A stretch of 64,000 bases of DNA from a bacterium (GTDB taxonomy: Bacteria; UBA8248). The notes beneath the pieces are model-generated. The model did not search any database, was not told the DNA's origin, and saw only the letters and a program-made list of their open reading frames with translations. Shown here piece by piece: positions 38,640 to 49,692 of this stretch; position 1 is the stretch's first letter; every line of letters begins with the position of its first letter. The DNA lies in contig OZ241996.1 in the NCBI GenBank assembly GCA_965204535.1, positions 1,248,001 through 1,312,000 on the forward strand. The letters are read 5' to 3'. A program made the translations under genes and the position numbers.

Positions 38640-38776
38640 GGCGAAATCCTTTTCTGGTGATGCGTGAACGGTTAAGAGCGAGAGGCCATTCTGGCGTAAT
38701 GCTGGGGGTGGGATCAATGGGGGAGGGGATTGTCAGAGAGAAACAAGAACCATGAGCAAGAAGGAAATTGCCTGCC

Positions 38777-38804
38777 GTAGGGACAGGTCGCGACCTGTCC
38801 CTAC
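38777..38804. repeat. GTAG-type REP, perfect 28-bp palindrome
   Basis: GTAGGGACAGGTCGCGACCTGTCCCTAC; recurs at 60718-60744. Confidence 0.85.
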
Positions 38805-38895
38805 AATCTTGGAGCTCTTATGCGGCGCTCATCCGGGCGGTTCACGGTTCGCCCCTGATCGCTGTAGGATGGGAGCAGAGGAGTGAAGTCATAAA

Positions 38896-39363
38896 ATGCC
38901 CGAATTCATCATCGCGCGGACGGAAGAAGACTACCGAGAGGCTCGAACCTTGCTGCGCGAGTACGAGGCCGCGAGCGAGGTGGACCTTTGCTTTCAGGGT
39001 TTTGAGGAGGAAGTCGAGACTCTGGAGCGGATGTACGGCCCGCCGGGGGGGAGGTTTCTCCTGGTGCGCGCAGGAGACGCCACAGCGGGCGGCGTCGCGC
39101 TTCGGGATTCGGGCGGCGGAATCTGCGAGATGAAGCGGCTTTATCTCAGGCCCGGTTTCAGGGGGCGCGGCCTGGGGAGAAGGTGTGCGGAGCGGGTCGT
39201 CCAGGAGGCGCGGGAGATGGGCTACGCCAGGATGCGGCTCGATACGCTGCCCTCCATGCGCGCGGCCATCGCGCTTTACCGTTCGATGGGTTTCGCGGAG
39301 ATAGACCCGTATACCGAGAACCCCGTCCAGGGCGCGCTCTTCATGGAGTTGGGGTTGGGATAG
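38896..39363 (+). CDS. GNAT family N-acetyltransferase
   Basis: CEMKRLYLRPGFRGRGLG, LDTLPSM..AIALY..GF. Confidence 0.92.
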   Translation: MPEFIIARTEEDYREARTLLREYEAASEVDLCFQGFEEEVETLERMYGPPGGRFLLVRAGDATAGGVALRDSGGGICEMKRLYLRPGFRGRGLGRRCAERVVQEAREMGYARMRLDTLPSMRAAIALYRSMGFAEIDPYTENPVQGALFMELGLG

Positions 39364-39384
39364 GGTTCTAGCCGTGGAAATAAC

Positions 39385-39526
39385 GTAGGGACAGGCCCCC
39401 GTGCCTGTCCTGACGGAGGACAACCACAGGGGTTGTCCCTACGTTCCCCCACATCTCCGGTTGGGCTTGACGCCGGAATGACGATCAAAGGCGCAATGGC
39501 GGGCGGACACGGGGGTCCGCCCCTAC
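39385..39526. repeat. cluster of three GTAG-type REP palindromes
   Basis: GTAGGGACAGGC..GCCTGTCC, GGACAACC..GGTTGTCCCTAC, GGGCGGAC..GTCCGCCCCTAC. Confidence 0.8.
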
Positions 39527-39562
39527 GAGAGCAACAAGCCTTGCCTTTTCAAGCGAGGCCGG

Positions 39563-39973
39563 CTACACCCCCAGCGCTCTTTTGGCCTTGCGGTGATCCT
39601 TGGGATTCACCCAGAAGATGGCGCCGTAGCGCTTTCTGCCCGCGGCGATGGCCGTGATGGCGGTGATGTTCACGCCCGCGTCAGCGAGCTTGGTGAGAAC
39701 CGGTATGAGCGCGCCGGTGCGGTCCGTGCCCTCGACGAGGAAGGCCTTTTTCCGGGGGCTCAGCTTGAGCTTCGCCTTGCGCGCGGCGGCGGTGAAAGCG
39801 CGCGCGTCCTCGGGCACGAGGTCGACCTGCACTCGCCTGCGCTCGGGGAAGGCGTGCACAGCCAACATGCCCACCCCTGCGTCCTTGAAGATTTTGGCGA
39901 GGGCGGCGCCCTGGCCCGGCTTGTTGGAAGCGTTGAGGTAATAGTAGTTTACTTCCCGAACCGTCTCTGCCAT
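39563..39973 (-). CDS. tandem ACT-domain protein
   Basis: NKPGQGA..AGV and DRTGAL..LADAGVNI; AGGAG RBS. Confidence 0.8.
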   Translation of the reverse strand: MAETVREVNYYYLNASNKPGQGAALAKIFKDAGVGMLAVHAFPERRRVQVDLVPEDARAFTAAARKAKLKLSPRKKAFLVEGTDRTGALIPVLTKLADAGVNITAITAIAAGRKRYGAIFWVNPKDHRKAKRALGV

Positions 39974-40291
39974 TGCTTCTCTCCTGATTGACCCGGCGTC
40001 TCCGGGGGGCGAAGTAAGTCTGTCATAGCGGCGCACCGAAGCGCGCGCCTGAACGTAAATAATCATACAACACGAGGCGATGCGAGGGAAACGGGGTGAT
40101 TTCCGATTGACGGAGGAGGGATTGCGCCGGGCGGCAGAAGAGGGATTGACCCGACCGATAAGCCAGAAAACATCGATTCGCTATTTCCTGGAAAACGAGG
40201 ACTCTCGCTCATCGGTCGAAGCGAATCTCACGCGCCGTCCGCGCGCTTCGAAAGATCGTAAATCCACTCGTCCACGGACCCCCAATCACAC

Positions 40292-40570
40292 ACGCATTTC
40301 CCCGCATTTGCCGTCGACGGTATTCCGTCGGGATGGGCGAGAATCCCTCACGCGACAGCGCGTGTTCTCATGGACGAGGGCAGGGGGATAAAATGGAAGG
40401 GCGATTGGGCATCGGATCGGAACCGCAGCTACTTTTTGAGCCACGGCGAATTTCTTCTCCGCGGCCCGGTGAACCGCTATCGAACCCGGATAGTGGCCCT
40501 CAGGGAATTCCTGAAAAATTCGATAAAATCCGATAAATTCACGGGGTTTTTCGATAAATAACTGAAAATA
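40292..40570. repeat. non-coding element sharing two motifs, inverted, with 58790-58928
   Basis: CGCATTTCCCCGCATTTG and CGATAAAATCCGATAAATTCACGGGGTTTTTCGATAAATAACTGAAAAT. Confidence 0.55.
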
Positions 40571-40622
40571 TAAATTGATTTAACAAATCGCCATAACCTG
40601 CTGATATATAATTTAATTTAGC

Positions 40623-41864
40623 TCAGGCGGGCATTACTTTCGGGTGCTCGAGCATCTCCTTGAGGGTAGAAAGGAACTCGGCCGCCGGCGCGCCGTCCAC
40701 CACGCGGTGGTCGGCGTTGATGCCGATGAAGGCCGTCGTTCTGGCCACGACCTCCCCGTTTCGCACCACGGCGCGCTCTCGCGCCGCCCCCACCGAGAGA
40801 ATGGCGGATTCGGGGTGGTTGATGATGGCGCTGAAATGATCGACCCCGTAAGCGCCCAGATTCGAGACCGTGAAGGTGCCGCCCTCAAGCGCATCGAGTC
40901 CCAGCGCACCCGCGCGGGCCGCTTCGGCCAGCGCTCGCGACTCGCGCGATATGGCGTCGATGGATTTCTGGTCGGCGCCCCGGATGACGGGCACCATCAG
41001 GCCCTGTTCAACCGCTACGGCTACCCCGATGTTCACGTCCTGCATCTGCTCCAGGGCGTCTTCGGTGAGGCGAACGTTCACGGCCGGGCAGCGGCGCACG
41101 GCGCGGGCGGTGTAGAACAGGATGAGATCGTTGATGGATACCTTGACGCCGAGGTCGTTTTCCCACGCCTGGCGGCTGGCCTCCCGCACGGCGAGGAGAT
41201 TCGTGAGGTCCACCTCGGCCTGCATGGTGATGCGCGGCACCTGGGACCAGCTGGAGAGCATGCGCTCGGCGATAATTTTCCGCATTCCGGCCAGGGGCGT
41301 GGAACCCGCCACGGCCGCGGGGCCGCTCGCGGCGGCCGTTACGGCGACAGGAGTGCCCGAAGCCGCCGCTGCTCTCACGTCGGCCTGAACGATTCTCCCG
41401 CCCGGACCCGAGCCCTTGAGAGTGCGATAATCAATTCCGAGTTCGCGGGCCACGCGTCTGGCGGCCGGACTGGCGAAAACTCGGCCTTCAGGCGCCGGCT
41501 GAGCAGGGTCAGGGGCAACCGGAGTAGGTGTTGGCGCCGGGGGCGTGGACGCATCTGCCGCAGCAGGTTCGGTCGCTGCCACGGGAGCCTTGGCCGGCGC
41601 GCTTCCAAAACTGCTGATGTCCTCTCCCGCCTCGCCGATGACGGCGATATCCGTGCCGCAGGGGATGACGTCTCCCTCTCCCGCCAGCGTTTTGAGCAGG
41701 AGACCACCATCCGGCGATTCGACCTCGTATTCGACCTTGTCGGTCTGGATGTCGAGGATGATCTCGCCCTTTTCGACCGCTTCACCCTCACCCTTGCGCC
41801 ACTTGAGGATTGTTCCTTCTTCCATGGTAAGGCCGAGTTTGGGCATCGGGAGAGGGGTGGCCAT
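40623..41864 (-). CDS. dihydrolipoamide acyltransferase E2
   Basis: Lipoyl motif QTDKV, ASPAARR, GSGPGGRI, TFTVSNLG, DHRVVDG. Confidence 0.95.
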   Translation of the reverse strand: MATPLPMPKLGLTMEEGTILKWRKGEGEAVEKGEIILDIQTDKVEYEVESPDGGLLLKTLAGEGDVIPCGTDIAVIGEAGEDISSFGSAPAKAPVAATEPAAADASTPPAPTPTPVAPDPAQPAPEGRVFASPAARRVARELGIDYRTLKGSGPGGRIVQADVRAAAASGTPVAVTAAASGPAAVAGSTPLAGMRKIIAERMLSSWSQVPRITMQAEVDLTNLLAVREASRQAWENDLGVKVSINDLILFYTARAVRRCPAVNVRLTEDALEQMQDVNIGVAVAVEQGLMVPVIRGADQKSIDAISRESRALAEAARAGALGLDALEGGTFTVSNLGAYGVDHFSAIINHPESAILSVGAARERAVVRNGEVVARTTAFIGINADHRVVDGAPAAEFLSTLKEMLEHPKVMPA

Positions 41865-41899
41865 GAATCTGTGCTCCTACGATTGAATAAGCGTTGAAT

Positions 41900-42880
41900 T
41901 TATACCGTCTCTAACATACCACGAACACCGGCGATTACGTCATCTTTGTCGGGAATGACATAGGATTCGAGTTTGGGTGAAAAAGGAACAGGTGTTTCCT
42001 TGGCGCAGACGCGTTCAATGGGCGCATCCAGGTAATCAAAAGCGTCTTTTGCGGCCAGGGCGGCAATTTCCGCTCCCCAACCGCAACGCTGCACCGCCTC
42101 ATGGGTGATGAGGAGCCGGCCCGTCTTGCGTACAGAAGCGAGAATCGTCTCCGTGTCCAGTGGGAAAAGCGTTCTGGGGTCGATGATCTCGCAACTTACG
42201 CCCTCTTTTTCAAGTTCCTCCGCCGCGTCGAGCGATTTTCCGACCATCGAGGAAGTGGCGACAATGGTGAGGTCGCTTCCCTCTCTTTTCACTTCAGCGA
42301 CACCGATGGGAATGACTTCTTCCTCCTCGGGGACGGCGCCTTTTTCCAGATATAGAAGTTTGTGCTCGATAAAAAATACAGGATCATCATCCCGTATGGA
42401 CGCTTTCAAGAGGCCTTTGGCGTCACGCGCGCTGGAGGGCATGACTACCTTGAGGCCCGGCACGTGAACGAACCATGCTTCCAGGCTTTGCGCATGCTGG
42501 GCGGCGGAACTGCGTCCCGCACCGCCCTGGGTTCTGATGACGAGCGAGGTATTCGCCTTGCCTCCAAACATGTAGCGGACCTTGGCGACCTGGTTGACGA
42601 TTTGATCCATAGCGACGGCGGAAAAATCGATATACATTAACTCCGCCACGGGCCGCATGCCAACGAGTGCCGCCCCCAGGGTAGCGCCTATGATGCCCTG
42701 CTCGGATATAGGCGTGTTCCTGACCCGCTCAGCGCCGTATTTATCCAGTAGCCCCACGGTCGTCTTGTATGACCCGCCGAACTCCGCGATGTCCTCTCCC
42801 AGGAGAAAAACCGAGTCATCCCTCGCCATTTCCTCATCCAGGGCCTCGATAATTGCTTCTCGGTATAAAATCTCGCGCAT
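41900..42880 (-). CDS. 2-oxoacid/acetoin dehydrogenase E1 beta subunit
   Basis: GEDI, RVRNTPISE, DQIVNQ, AAQHAQS, PGLKVV, LDAPI. Confidence 0.95.
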   Translation of the reverse strand: MREILYREAIIEALDEEMARDDSVFLLGEDIAEFGGSYKTTVGLLDKYGAERVRNTPISEQGIIGATLGAALVGMRPVAELMYIDFSAVAMDQIVNQVAKVRYMFGGKANTSLVIRTQGGAGRSSAAQHAQSLEAWFVHVPGLKVVMPSSARDAKGLLKASIRDDDPVFFIEHKLLYLEKGAVPEEEEVIPIGVAEVKREGSDLTIVATSSMVGKSLDAAEELEKEGVSCEIIDPRTLFPLDTETILASVRKTGRLLITHEAVQRCGWGAEIAALAAKDAFDYLDAPIERVCAKETPVPFSPKLESYVIPDKDDVIAGVRGMLETV

Positions 42881-42891
42881 TTCCCTTTCCC

Positions 42892-43863
42892 TTATACGGT
42901 CGCGTAGATATCCGTCATGGCGTCGTCAAGCTCGGGTTCCGGGCTTTTCCGGGCGAATTCGATGGCTTCTTCCATTTCTTTGTTCACTTTCTCATGGATG
43001 GCGTCGATACTTTTTTTGCTCAACCATTTTTTCTTCTCGAGTGTTTCGGCGAAAGTAATGAGCGGGTCGCGCTTGAGCCATTTGCCCACCTCTTTGTCGT
43101 GGCCGTAAGCGGTGCCGGGATCACCCACGTAATGGCCTAGAAAGCGCATTGTTTTCGCTTCGATCAGCGTAGGTCCTCGTCCTTTGCGGGCGTGCTCAAT
43201 CGCTTCGCCGGCCACTTCGAAAACGGCTTGGGGGTCCATGCCATCGACGACGATTCCAGGGATTCCATAAGCCTTGGACCGATCGGCAATGTCCTGTACC
43301 GCCTGATGTGTAGCGCGAGGCGTGCTTTCGGCATATCCGTTGTTCTCGCAGACGAATACCACAGGAAGCTTCCAGGTGGCGGCGATGTTAATGCCCTCAT
43401 GGAATGCGCCTTCATTGCTGGCCCCGTCGCCGAAAAAACTCACGACGATGTGTTTTTCTCCCTTTAGCTTGAGCCCCAAGGCGGCGCCGGCGGCGATTGG
43501 AATGCCCCCGCCCACGATGCCATTCGCCCCTAAAGCCCCAAGGTCCTGATCGGCGATATGCATGGAGCCTCCTTTTCCTTTGCAATAACCAGTCGCGCGA
43601 GCGTATAACTCGGCGAACATGCCCTTGTAGTGGAGACCCTTGGCGATCATGTGTCCATGGCCACGGTGTGTGGATGTGATTTGATCTTTCGGGCTCAAGT
43701 GGGCACATACCCCGGCGGCGACGGCTTCTTCGCCAATATAAGCGTGGAGAAAACCCGGCAATTCCCCTGCCTGGAATAGTTCAATAGAACGCTCCTCGAA
43801 CCGCCGAATGCGGACCATCGTTTCGTAAATCCACAGGGCTTTGGCTTTTGTCAATCGAATCAC
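42892..43863 (-). CDS. 2-oxoacid/acetoin dehydrogenase E1 alpha subunit
   Basis: GFLHAYIGEEA, STHRGHGH, GKGGSMH, FFGDGASN TPP motif. Confidence 0.95.
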   Translation of the reverse strand: MIRLTKAKALWIYETMVRIRRFEERSIELFQAGELPGFLHAYIGEEAVAAGVCAHLSPKDQITSTHRGHGHMIAKGLHYKGMFAELYARATGYCKGKGGSMHIADQDLGALGANGIVGGGIPIAAGAALGLKLKGEKHIVVSFFGDGASNEGAFHEGINIAATWKLPVVFVCENNGYAESTPRATHQAVQDIADRSKAYGIPGIVVDGMDPQAVFEVAGEAIEHARKGRGPTLIEAKTMRFLGHYVGDPGTAYGHDKEVGKWLKRDPLITFAETLEKKKWLSKKSIDAIHEKVNKEMEEAIEFARKSPEPELDDAMTDIYATV

Positions 43864-44128
43864 GGATTTACCTCTTTGTTGATGATTACGCCACAATCAG
43901 GATGCGACTCAATTATTGGGCAAGGATGCCTGCGGTCGCTATTCGAGAAAACCGTATAGCCGATTCACCGTTCGCTTTATTCCAAGACATTACATCCGCT
44001 CAATTCGGCAGAATTTAACATGCCCCCATATTTTCGAGCAAGAAAGACCTCATGTCTTGGAAGGAAGCTAATACACTTGCGCTTTGCCTTAATGGCGATT
44101 AAAGTATCGGTGATTTTGACTGTTGCGT

Positions 44129-44157
44129 AAGTGGGTCAATTGATGGCCCATTTTTTT
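44129..44157 (+). promoter_or_regulatory. rimP leader terminator/attenuator hairpin
   Basis: AAGTGGGTCA..TGGCCCATTTTTTT just upstream of rimP. Confidence 0.65.
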
Positions 44158-44179
44158 ATTCAATCTCAGAATAGAGTTT

Positions 44180-44677
44180 ATGGCGACAACAGATGTTGAT
44201 GGTCAAATATGGACCCTTACCCAAGAGGTAGTTTCTGACCTTGGGTATGAATTGGTTGACATTGAGCTGACCGGTAATCGTAGCCGGCAAGTGATTCGGG
44301 TATATATTGAAAAGCCAGAAGGTATCCTTCTCGCTGATTGTGTAGCTGTCAGCCGAAAACTTGGAGAACGTCTCGATGAGGAGGACGTCATTGAAAATTC
44401 TTATCGTCTTGAAATATCAAGTCCTGGCATCGAGAGGCCTCTACGAAAAATCCAGGATTATGAACGTTATGTCGGACACCAAGTGCGGATACGCCTTAAG
44501 GGCAGGCTGAAGGGAAAAAGGAAAATTGCAGGTAAGTTGGACGAGGTTGAGGATAATATTGTCCGTATAATTTCACAGCATGGAGAGAAGGTTTCATTTT
44601 CTCTGGCCGATATCGCAAAAGCGAACTTGGATGTGGATTGGGATAAGGAATTTCAGGGCCCGAGGGGCACAAAATAG
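44180..44677 (+). CDS. rimP: ribosome maturation factor
   Basis: ELVDIE, DCVAVSR, YRLEISSPGIERPL; precedes nusA. Confidence 0.95.
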   Translation: MATTDVDGQIWTLTQEVVSDLGYELVDIELTGNRSRQVIRVYIEKPEGILLADCVAVSRKLGERLDEEDVIENSYRLEISSPGIERPLRKIQDYERYVGHQVRIRLKGRLKGKRKIAGKLDEVEDNIVRIISQHGEKVSFSLADIAKANLDVDWDKEFQGPRGTK

Positions 44678-44710
44678 TTTCAACTCAATCCATCATAGAG
44701 GAGTAGTTTA

Positions 44711-46060
44711 GTGAGTCAAGAATTAATTGCTGTCCTGACACAATTGGAACGAGAACGGGGTGTATCCAAAGACGTGTTACTCGACACACTAAAAGTCGCG
44801 ATGGCATCGGCTGCGAAGAAGCAATACGGTTTGGGTAAAAATGTAGACGTATCTTTTGATGAGCAAACCGGTGAAATTGACGTCAAAGCAGCGAAAGAAG
44901 TCGTCAGGATCATTCAGAACCCCCAGAGTGAAATCCTTTTGGATGAAGCGCGCAAGGCAAACCCTGACATCCAAGTTGGAGATTTTCTTTCACAGGGTGT
45001 CGAAACAGAGGGGTTGGGCAGGATTGCCGCTCAAATCGCGAAACAGGTGATATTGCAGCGAGTAAGAGAGGCAGAGCGTGCGAATATTTATCAAGAATTC
45101 AAGGAACGTGAAGGTGATTTGATTACAGGGTCCGTCTCCCAAGTGGAACGCGGGAATATCTATGTAGATATTGGCCGAACTGAGGCGATCCTCCCTCGGC
45201 GGGAGCAAATATTCAGAGAGGTATATAAACGTGGAGATCGTATCCGCGCCTATATAATGGAAGTGCGCGAAATAACAAAGGGTCCTCAAATCGTTCTCAG
45301 CAGAACACATCCTGGATTGCTGATTCGTCTATTTGAAATGGAAGTGCCCGAAATTTATGACGGGATAGTGGCTATAAAAGGTTGCGTCCGAGAGCCTAGC
45401 GGACGTTCCAAAGTATCCGTCGTAAGTCATGAGCGAGATATTGATCCCGTAGGCGCATGCGTAGGGACACGGGGCAGCCGCGTGCAATCGATTGTTCAAG
45501 AGCTAAGAGGAGAGAAGATTGATATCATCTCGTGGAGTGACGATATACGCACCTATGCGGCAAATGCGCTCAGCCCCGCGAAGATTCAGCACATTACTTT
45601 ATTTGAAGAAGAAGGCAGAATGGAGGTGTTGGTACCTGACGACCAGCTTTCCCTGGCGATTGGGAAAGGTGGCCAGAATGTTCGCTTGGCGGCAAAACTC
45701 CTGGGCTGGAAAATCGATCTGAAAGGCGAGGGGGAGTATCGACGCATTATCGCCGAACAGGCATTTTCCAGCGATGAGCGAGAAGAGAATGGTGCTGGTG
45801 TGGAGGAGCAAGACGAGAGCATTCAGCCTGCTAAGGTCGATGGAGGCTCTTCCGGTGAATTAGTAGAACTGGAGCTTGTCGGCGAGAAAATGGCGCGGCT
45901 TTTAGCAGACAACGGTTTTTCTACAATTTCGGCGATTAGCGCCGCTTCGACGGATGAATTGTGTGAGGTTCCAGGAATTGGGCCGAAGAGAGCCGAACTG
46001 CTGATTGAAGCTGCCCGAGCTCATGAAAAAGCAACTGGATCGGAGCCTCCTGAGTCATGA
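44711..46060 (+). CDS. nusA: transcription elongation factor NusA
   Basis: GRIAAQIAKQVI, LSRTHP, DPVGACVG, LSLAIGKGGQNVRLA. Confidence 0.97.
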   Translation: MSQELIAVLTQLERERGVSKDVLLDTLKVAMASAAKKQYGLGKNVDVSFDEQTGEIDVKAAKEVVRIIQNPQSEILLDEARKANPDIQVGDFLSQGVETEGLGRIAAQIAKQVILQRVREAERANIYQEFKEREGDLITGSVSQVERGNIYVDIGRTEAILPRREQIFREVYKRGDRIRAYIMEVREITKGPQIVLSRTHPGLLIRLFEMEVPEIYDGIVAIKGCVREPSGRSKVSVVSHERDIDPVGACVGTRGSRVQSIVQELRGEKIDIISWSDDIRTYAANALSPAKIQHITLFEEEGRMEVLVPDDQLSLAIGKGGQNVRLAAKLLGWKIDLKGEGEYRRIIAEQAFSSDEREENGAGVEEQDESIQPAKVDGGSSGELVELELVGEKMARLLADNGFSTISAISAASTDELCEVPGIGPKRAELLIEAARAHEKATGSEPPES

Positions 46061-46075
46061 TGAAGGAATGACGGT

Positions 46076-46639
46076 TTGCCAGACAGAACATGTATAGCTT
46101 GCCGGAATAAAGGAAATGCGGATATTTTTTTTAGGATGGTAATAAGCCCCGTTGGGAGTATCGTTTGCGAGCTAGGAAGAAAATTGCCGGGAAGAGGGGC
46201 ACACTGTTGTTTTGACATGAATTGCATTTCAAAGTTTGTTTCTTCGAATCGCTTGGAAATTGCGTTGAAAAAAAGGCATTTCAAGATTGATTCAGGCGAA
46301 TTGCTTCAGAATGTGAGAATGCTTCTTAGGAGAAACCTCGAAGGCATGTTGATTGCTTCTAAGAGAAAGGGTGTACTTACCTTTGGGAAAGACGCGGTAT
46401 TTAAGAAGGTAAAACTCTCGAAAGTGGGAAAACCGTTTGTTTCCAAAGATACATCTTCCAAAAACTTGATGAACTTGAAGCGGATTTCTGAAGAATTTTA
46501 TGTGCTCCCTTTTGCTATGAATGAACTCGGGGAGTTTTTTGATCGAAAACCGGTTGGCGTGTTATTTATAGATGACGCTCTTCTTGTAAACAGCATCTGC
46601 TTGCGCTTGGGACAGGAAAGAGCCATTAGTAATGGTTGA
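46076..46639 (+). CDS. ylxR: YlxR (DUF448) fused to an L7Ae-like domain
   Basis: PDRTCIACR, PGRGAH; C-terminal G.LTFG..ELGEFF L7Ae-like region; position between nusA and infB. Confidence 0.75.
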   Translation: MPDRTCIACRNKGNADIFFRMVISPVGSIVCELGRKLPGRGAHCCFDMNCISKFVSSNRLEIALKKRHFKIDSGELLQNVRMLLRRNLEGMLIASKRKGVLTFGKDAVFKKVKLSKVGKPFVSKDTSSKNLMNLKRISEEFYVLPFAMNELGEFFDRKPVGVLFIDDALLVNSICLRLGQERAISNG

Positions 46640-46717
46640 AGCAAGAAATGCAGTGGGGTTCATCTTGGGTTTGTTTTGATTGGACAATGGATGTGAATCA
46701 TCTGCAGTGGAGGTTTC

Positions 46718-48976
46718 ATGGCAAGCGTACGAGTATACCAACTGGCTAAAAATCTCGGGTATGACAGCAGAACGTTTGTTGAGGAGTTGGCCAGGGAAGG
46801 AATCGTAGTTAAAAGCCATATGAGCACCGTGGATGATGAAACAGCAGAGCTTGTCATGGCGCTTTTTTCTCAGGAAGCACTCCAGGAGGAAAAAGAAGCT
46901 ACGGCAAGCAAGACGGAAAAAAAGGTTTCCGTAAAAACGAAAGCTGAAACGCCGAAAAAAGCAAGTGAGCCTACCCCGGAAGATGCAGAATCCCATGAAG
47001 TGTCAACAGTCTCTCCTGCCACTCCAGAAACAGCAGTTCAAACGAAAGTCGCACCGGAAGATGCCGCTGTTGACGAAAAGCCAAGTACGGGAAAAGACAA
47101 GGCTGGCACAGACGAACAAACAGTTTCAGATCACGCAACACCGTTGCCTGAAGATAACGTCCTCACACCATCCCCAAGTTCCAAAGTTGCTCGGGATGTC
47201 AGCACGGAGAAACCTTCTCGCCGGCATGGAGGGCGTGTACGTATTGCAGAGACAATTACGGTGAAAGAACTTGCTGAGAAAATTAACGTGAAGGCGACGG
47301 AAGTTATCAAGGAGTTAATGAAAAAAGGCCAGATGACGACTATCAATCAAATGATTGATCACAACACAGCTACCGATATATCTGAAACCTTCGGCTATGA
47401 AGTTGAAATATCCAAAGACAATATTGAAGATCTGCTGATTCAGGAAGAGGATAGAGAAGAAGATCTTTTGCCCAGATCCCCCGTTATAACAATTATGGGT
47501 CATGTTGATCACGGCAAAACAAGACTTCTCGACGCCATCCGCAAAGCCAACGTAATGGAAGGCGAAGCAGGCGGGATCACTCAGCATATTGGCGCCTATC
47601 GAGTTACTACGGACAAGGGGACGGCTGTATTTTTAGATACCCCGGGACACGAAGCTTTTACAGCGATGAGGGCGCGCGGGGCACAAGTAACAGATTTGGT
47701 AATCATCGTTGTGGCTGCGAATGAAGGCGTTATGCCTCAAACTCGAGAGGCAATCGATCATGCGAAAGCCGCCGGAGTTCCGATTATGGTGGCGATGAAT
47801 AAAATGGACTTGGCAGACGCTAATCCCGACAGAGTAAAACAGCAACTCTCGACATTGGATTTAATCCCGGAAGACTGGGGTGGAGATACGGTTTATTCTG
47901 AAATTTCCGCAAAAGAGAACATTGGAATTGATGATCTTTTGGACCTCGCCATTCTGCAGGCTGAACTCATGGAGTTGAAAGCGAACCCGGGCAGACTTGC
48001 CAGCGGTATTGTTGTGGAAGCGAAGCTGGATAGGGGCCGTGGGCCAGTAGCTACTGTTTTGGTTCAACGAGGTACTTTGAATGTGAGTGATAACTTTGTG
48101 GCTGGTAAATGGAATGGCAAAGTGCGCGCACTATTAGATGATCAGGGGCGAAAGTTGAAGTGCGCAGGACCTTCTACGCCAGTAGAAATTTTGGGATTCG
48201 CCGGTGTTCCAGAGGCTGGTGATACATTTACGGTTTTAGAAGATGACAAGATGGCGAGAGAGATAAGCGCAAGGCGTCAACAACGTGAACGTATGGCGGC
48301 GCTTATGGCTTCTGCGCGTGTTTCTTTGGAAAGTTTCATGGAAAGCGTACAAGAAGGACAGGTGAAAGAACTGAGCTTAATCTTGAAGGCGGATGTGCAG
48401 GGAAGCATAGAAGCATTGAAAGAATCTTTGAGCAAGCTAGGAAATGAGGAAGTGGGAGTTAAGGTGCTGCATAGTGCGGTAGGTGGCATCACAGAAACCG
48501 ACGTGATGCTTGCAGCTGCTTCGGCAGCTGTAATCGTAGGTTTTAACGTTCGTCCGACGCCGGGAGCTAGAGAAGTCGCAAAACATGAAAAAGTAGACAT
48601 TCGATTATATTCTGTCATCTATGATGCTATTGATGAAATCAAGTCGGCTCTTGAAGGAATACTCGAACCCGCTCAGCGAGAAGTAGTACGTGGGCACGCA
48701 GAAATCCGGGAACTATTCCATGTCCCTAATGTGGGAACCATAGCGGGTTGTTATGTCACTGACGGAAATATCAACAGAAATTCGGATGTGCGTCTCATCC
48801 GGGATAATGTAGTCATATATACGGGCAAGATTTCATCTTTGAGGCGCTTCAAAGATGATGTGAATGAGGTCCAATCCGGTTATGAGTGTGGAATCGGAAT
48901 TGAAAATTATAATGACATCAAGCAAGGCGATATCATAGAACCATATGTTATGGAAGAAGTATCTCGGACGCTTTAG
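46718..48976 (+). CDS. infB: translation initiation factor IF-2
   Basis: [39 protein letters not shown]. Confidence 0.98.
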   Translation: MASVRVYQLAKNLGYDSRTFVEELAREGIVVKSHMSTVDDETAELVMALFSQEALQEEKEATASKTEKKVSVKTKAETPKKASEPTPEDAESHEVSTVSPATPETAVQTKVAPEDAAVDEKPSTGKDKAGTDEQTVSDHATPLPEDNVLTPSPSSKVARDVSTEKPSRRHGGRVRIAETITVKELAEKINVKATEVIKELMKKGQMTTINQMIDHNTATDISETFGYEVEISKDNIEDLLIQEEDREEDLLPRSPVITIMGHVDHGKTRLLDAIRKANVMEGEAGGITQHIGAYRVTTDKGTAVFLDTPGHEAFTAMRARGAQVTDLVIIVVAANEGVMPQTREAIDHAKAAGVPIMVAMNKMDLADANPDRVKQQLSTLDLIPEDWGGDTVYSEISAKENIGIDDLLDLAILQAELMELKANPGRLASGIVVEAKLDRGRGPVATVLVQRGTLNVSDNFVAGKWNGKVRALLDDQGRKLKCAGPSTPVEILGFAGVPEAGDTFTVLEDDKMAREISARRQQRERMAALMASARVSLESFMESVQEGQVKELSLILKADVQGSIEALKESLSKLGNEEVGVKVLHSAVGGITETDVMLAAASAAVIVGFNVRPTPGAREVAKHEKVDIRLYSVIYDAIDEIKSALEGILEPAQREVVRGHAEIRELFHVPNVGTIAGCYVTDGNINRNSDVRLIRDNVVIYTGKISSLRRFKDDVNEVQSGYECGIGIENYNDIKQGDIIEPYVMEEVSRTL

Positions 48977-49012
48977 GTTGATTTATTTGGATTTTTTTGA
49001 AATCTTCACTCC

Positions 49013-49297
49013 ATGCCTGTCGTTGGTCTTTTGAAAATCGATGTTCAAATACCTGAATGCCGTTCGCTCAAAGCAAAGCGTAAGATAGTTCAGTCGATCA
49101 CCTCACGCCTGCGTCAAAGATATAATGTATCTGTCGCTGAGGTCGATTTCCAAGACAAGTGGCAGCGGTGTCGTATCGGCGTGAGTGTCGTAAGCAATGA
49201 CAGTCGGTTTGTAGATAGCCAGCTTCGAAAAGTGCTGAATTGCCTTGAAGGAATGGGGTTAGCAATTGTATTGGATTTTGATATCGAGATATTTTGA
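49013..49297 (+). CDS. DUF503 (YlxP) family protein
   Basis: SLKAKR, YNVSVAEV, DKWQR. Confidence 0.9.
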   Translation: MPVVGLLKIDVQIPECRSLKAKRKIVQSITSRLRQRYNVSVAEVDFQDKWQRCRIGVSVVSNDSRFVDSQLRKVLNCLEGMGLAIVLDFDIEIF

Positions 49298-49321
49298 AAT
49301 CTATGGAGAACAATTGAAAGC

Positions 49322-49675
49322 ATGAATAATTCTCGCATGCTGCGGGTAGCGGAACTTATACAATCCGAAATCGCGAATATGGTGATGAGGGACGTGAAGG
49401 ATCCGCGTGTGCAACATGTTGTAATTACTCGAGTAGAAATGTCTCCGGATTTAAGAGTAGCGAAGGTGTACTTTAGCCGATACGGTGAAAATCAAGGAAA
49501 TGTTCAAGAGACTGAAGAGGGATTCAAGGGACTCGAACGCGCCAGTGGATTCTTGCAGCGGAAACTTGCCGAACGTTTGCAATTGAAAAGTACGCCCAGG
49601 CTAAAATTCTTTTTCGATCACAGTTTGGTGTACAGCGCCGAGATTGAACGGTTATTATCCGATGTAAAGAGATAA
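49322..49675 (+). CDS. rbfA: ribosome-binding factor A
   Basis: RVAELI, VKDPR, SPDLRVAKVY, PRLKFFFD. Confidence 0.95.
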   Translation: MNNSRMLRVAELIQSEIANMVMRDVKDPRVQHVVITRVEMSPDLRVAKVYFSRYGENQGNVQETEEGFKGLERASGFLQRKLAERLQLKSTPRLKFFFDHSLVYSAEIERLLSDVKR

Positions 49676-49692
49676 GTTCGAGAAAGGATGAG

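Noticed and set aside
44013-44040. dif-like site (ATTTAACAT resembles the XerD arm)
   Set aside because: The inner TAA/TTAT bases and the XerC arm do not match.
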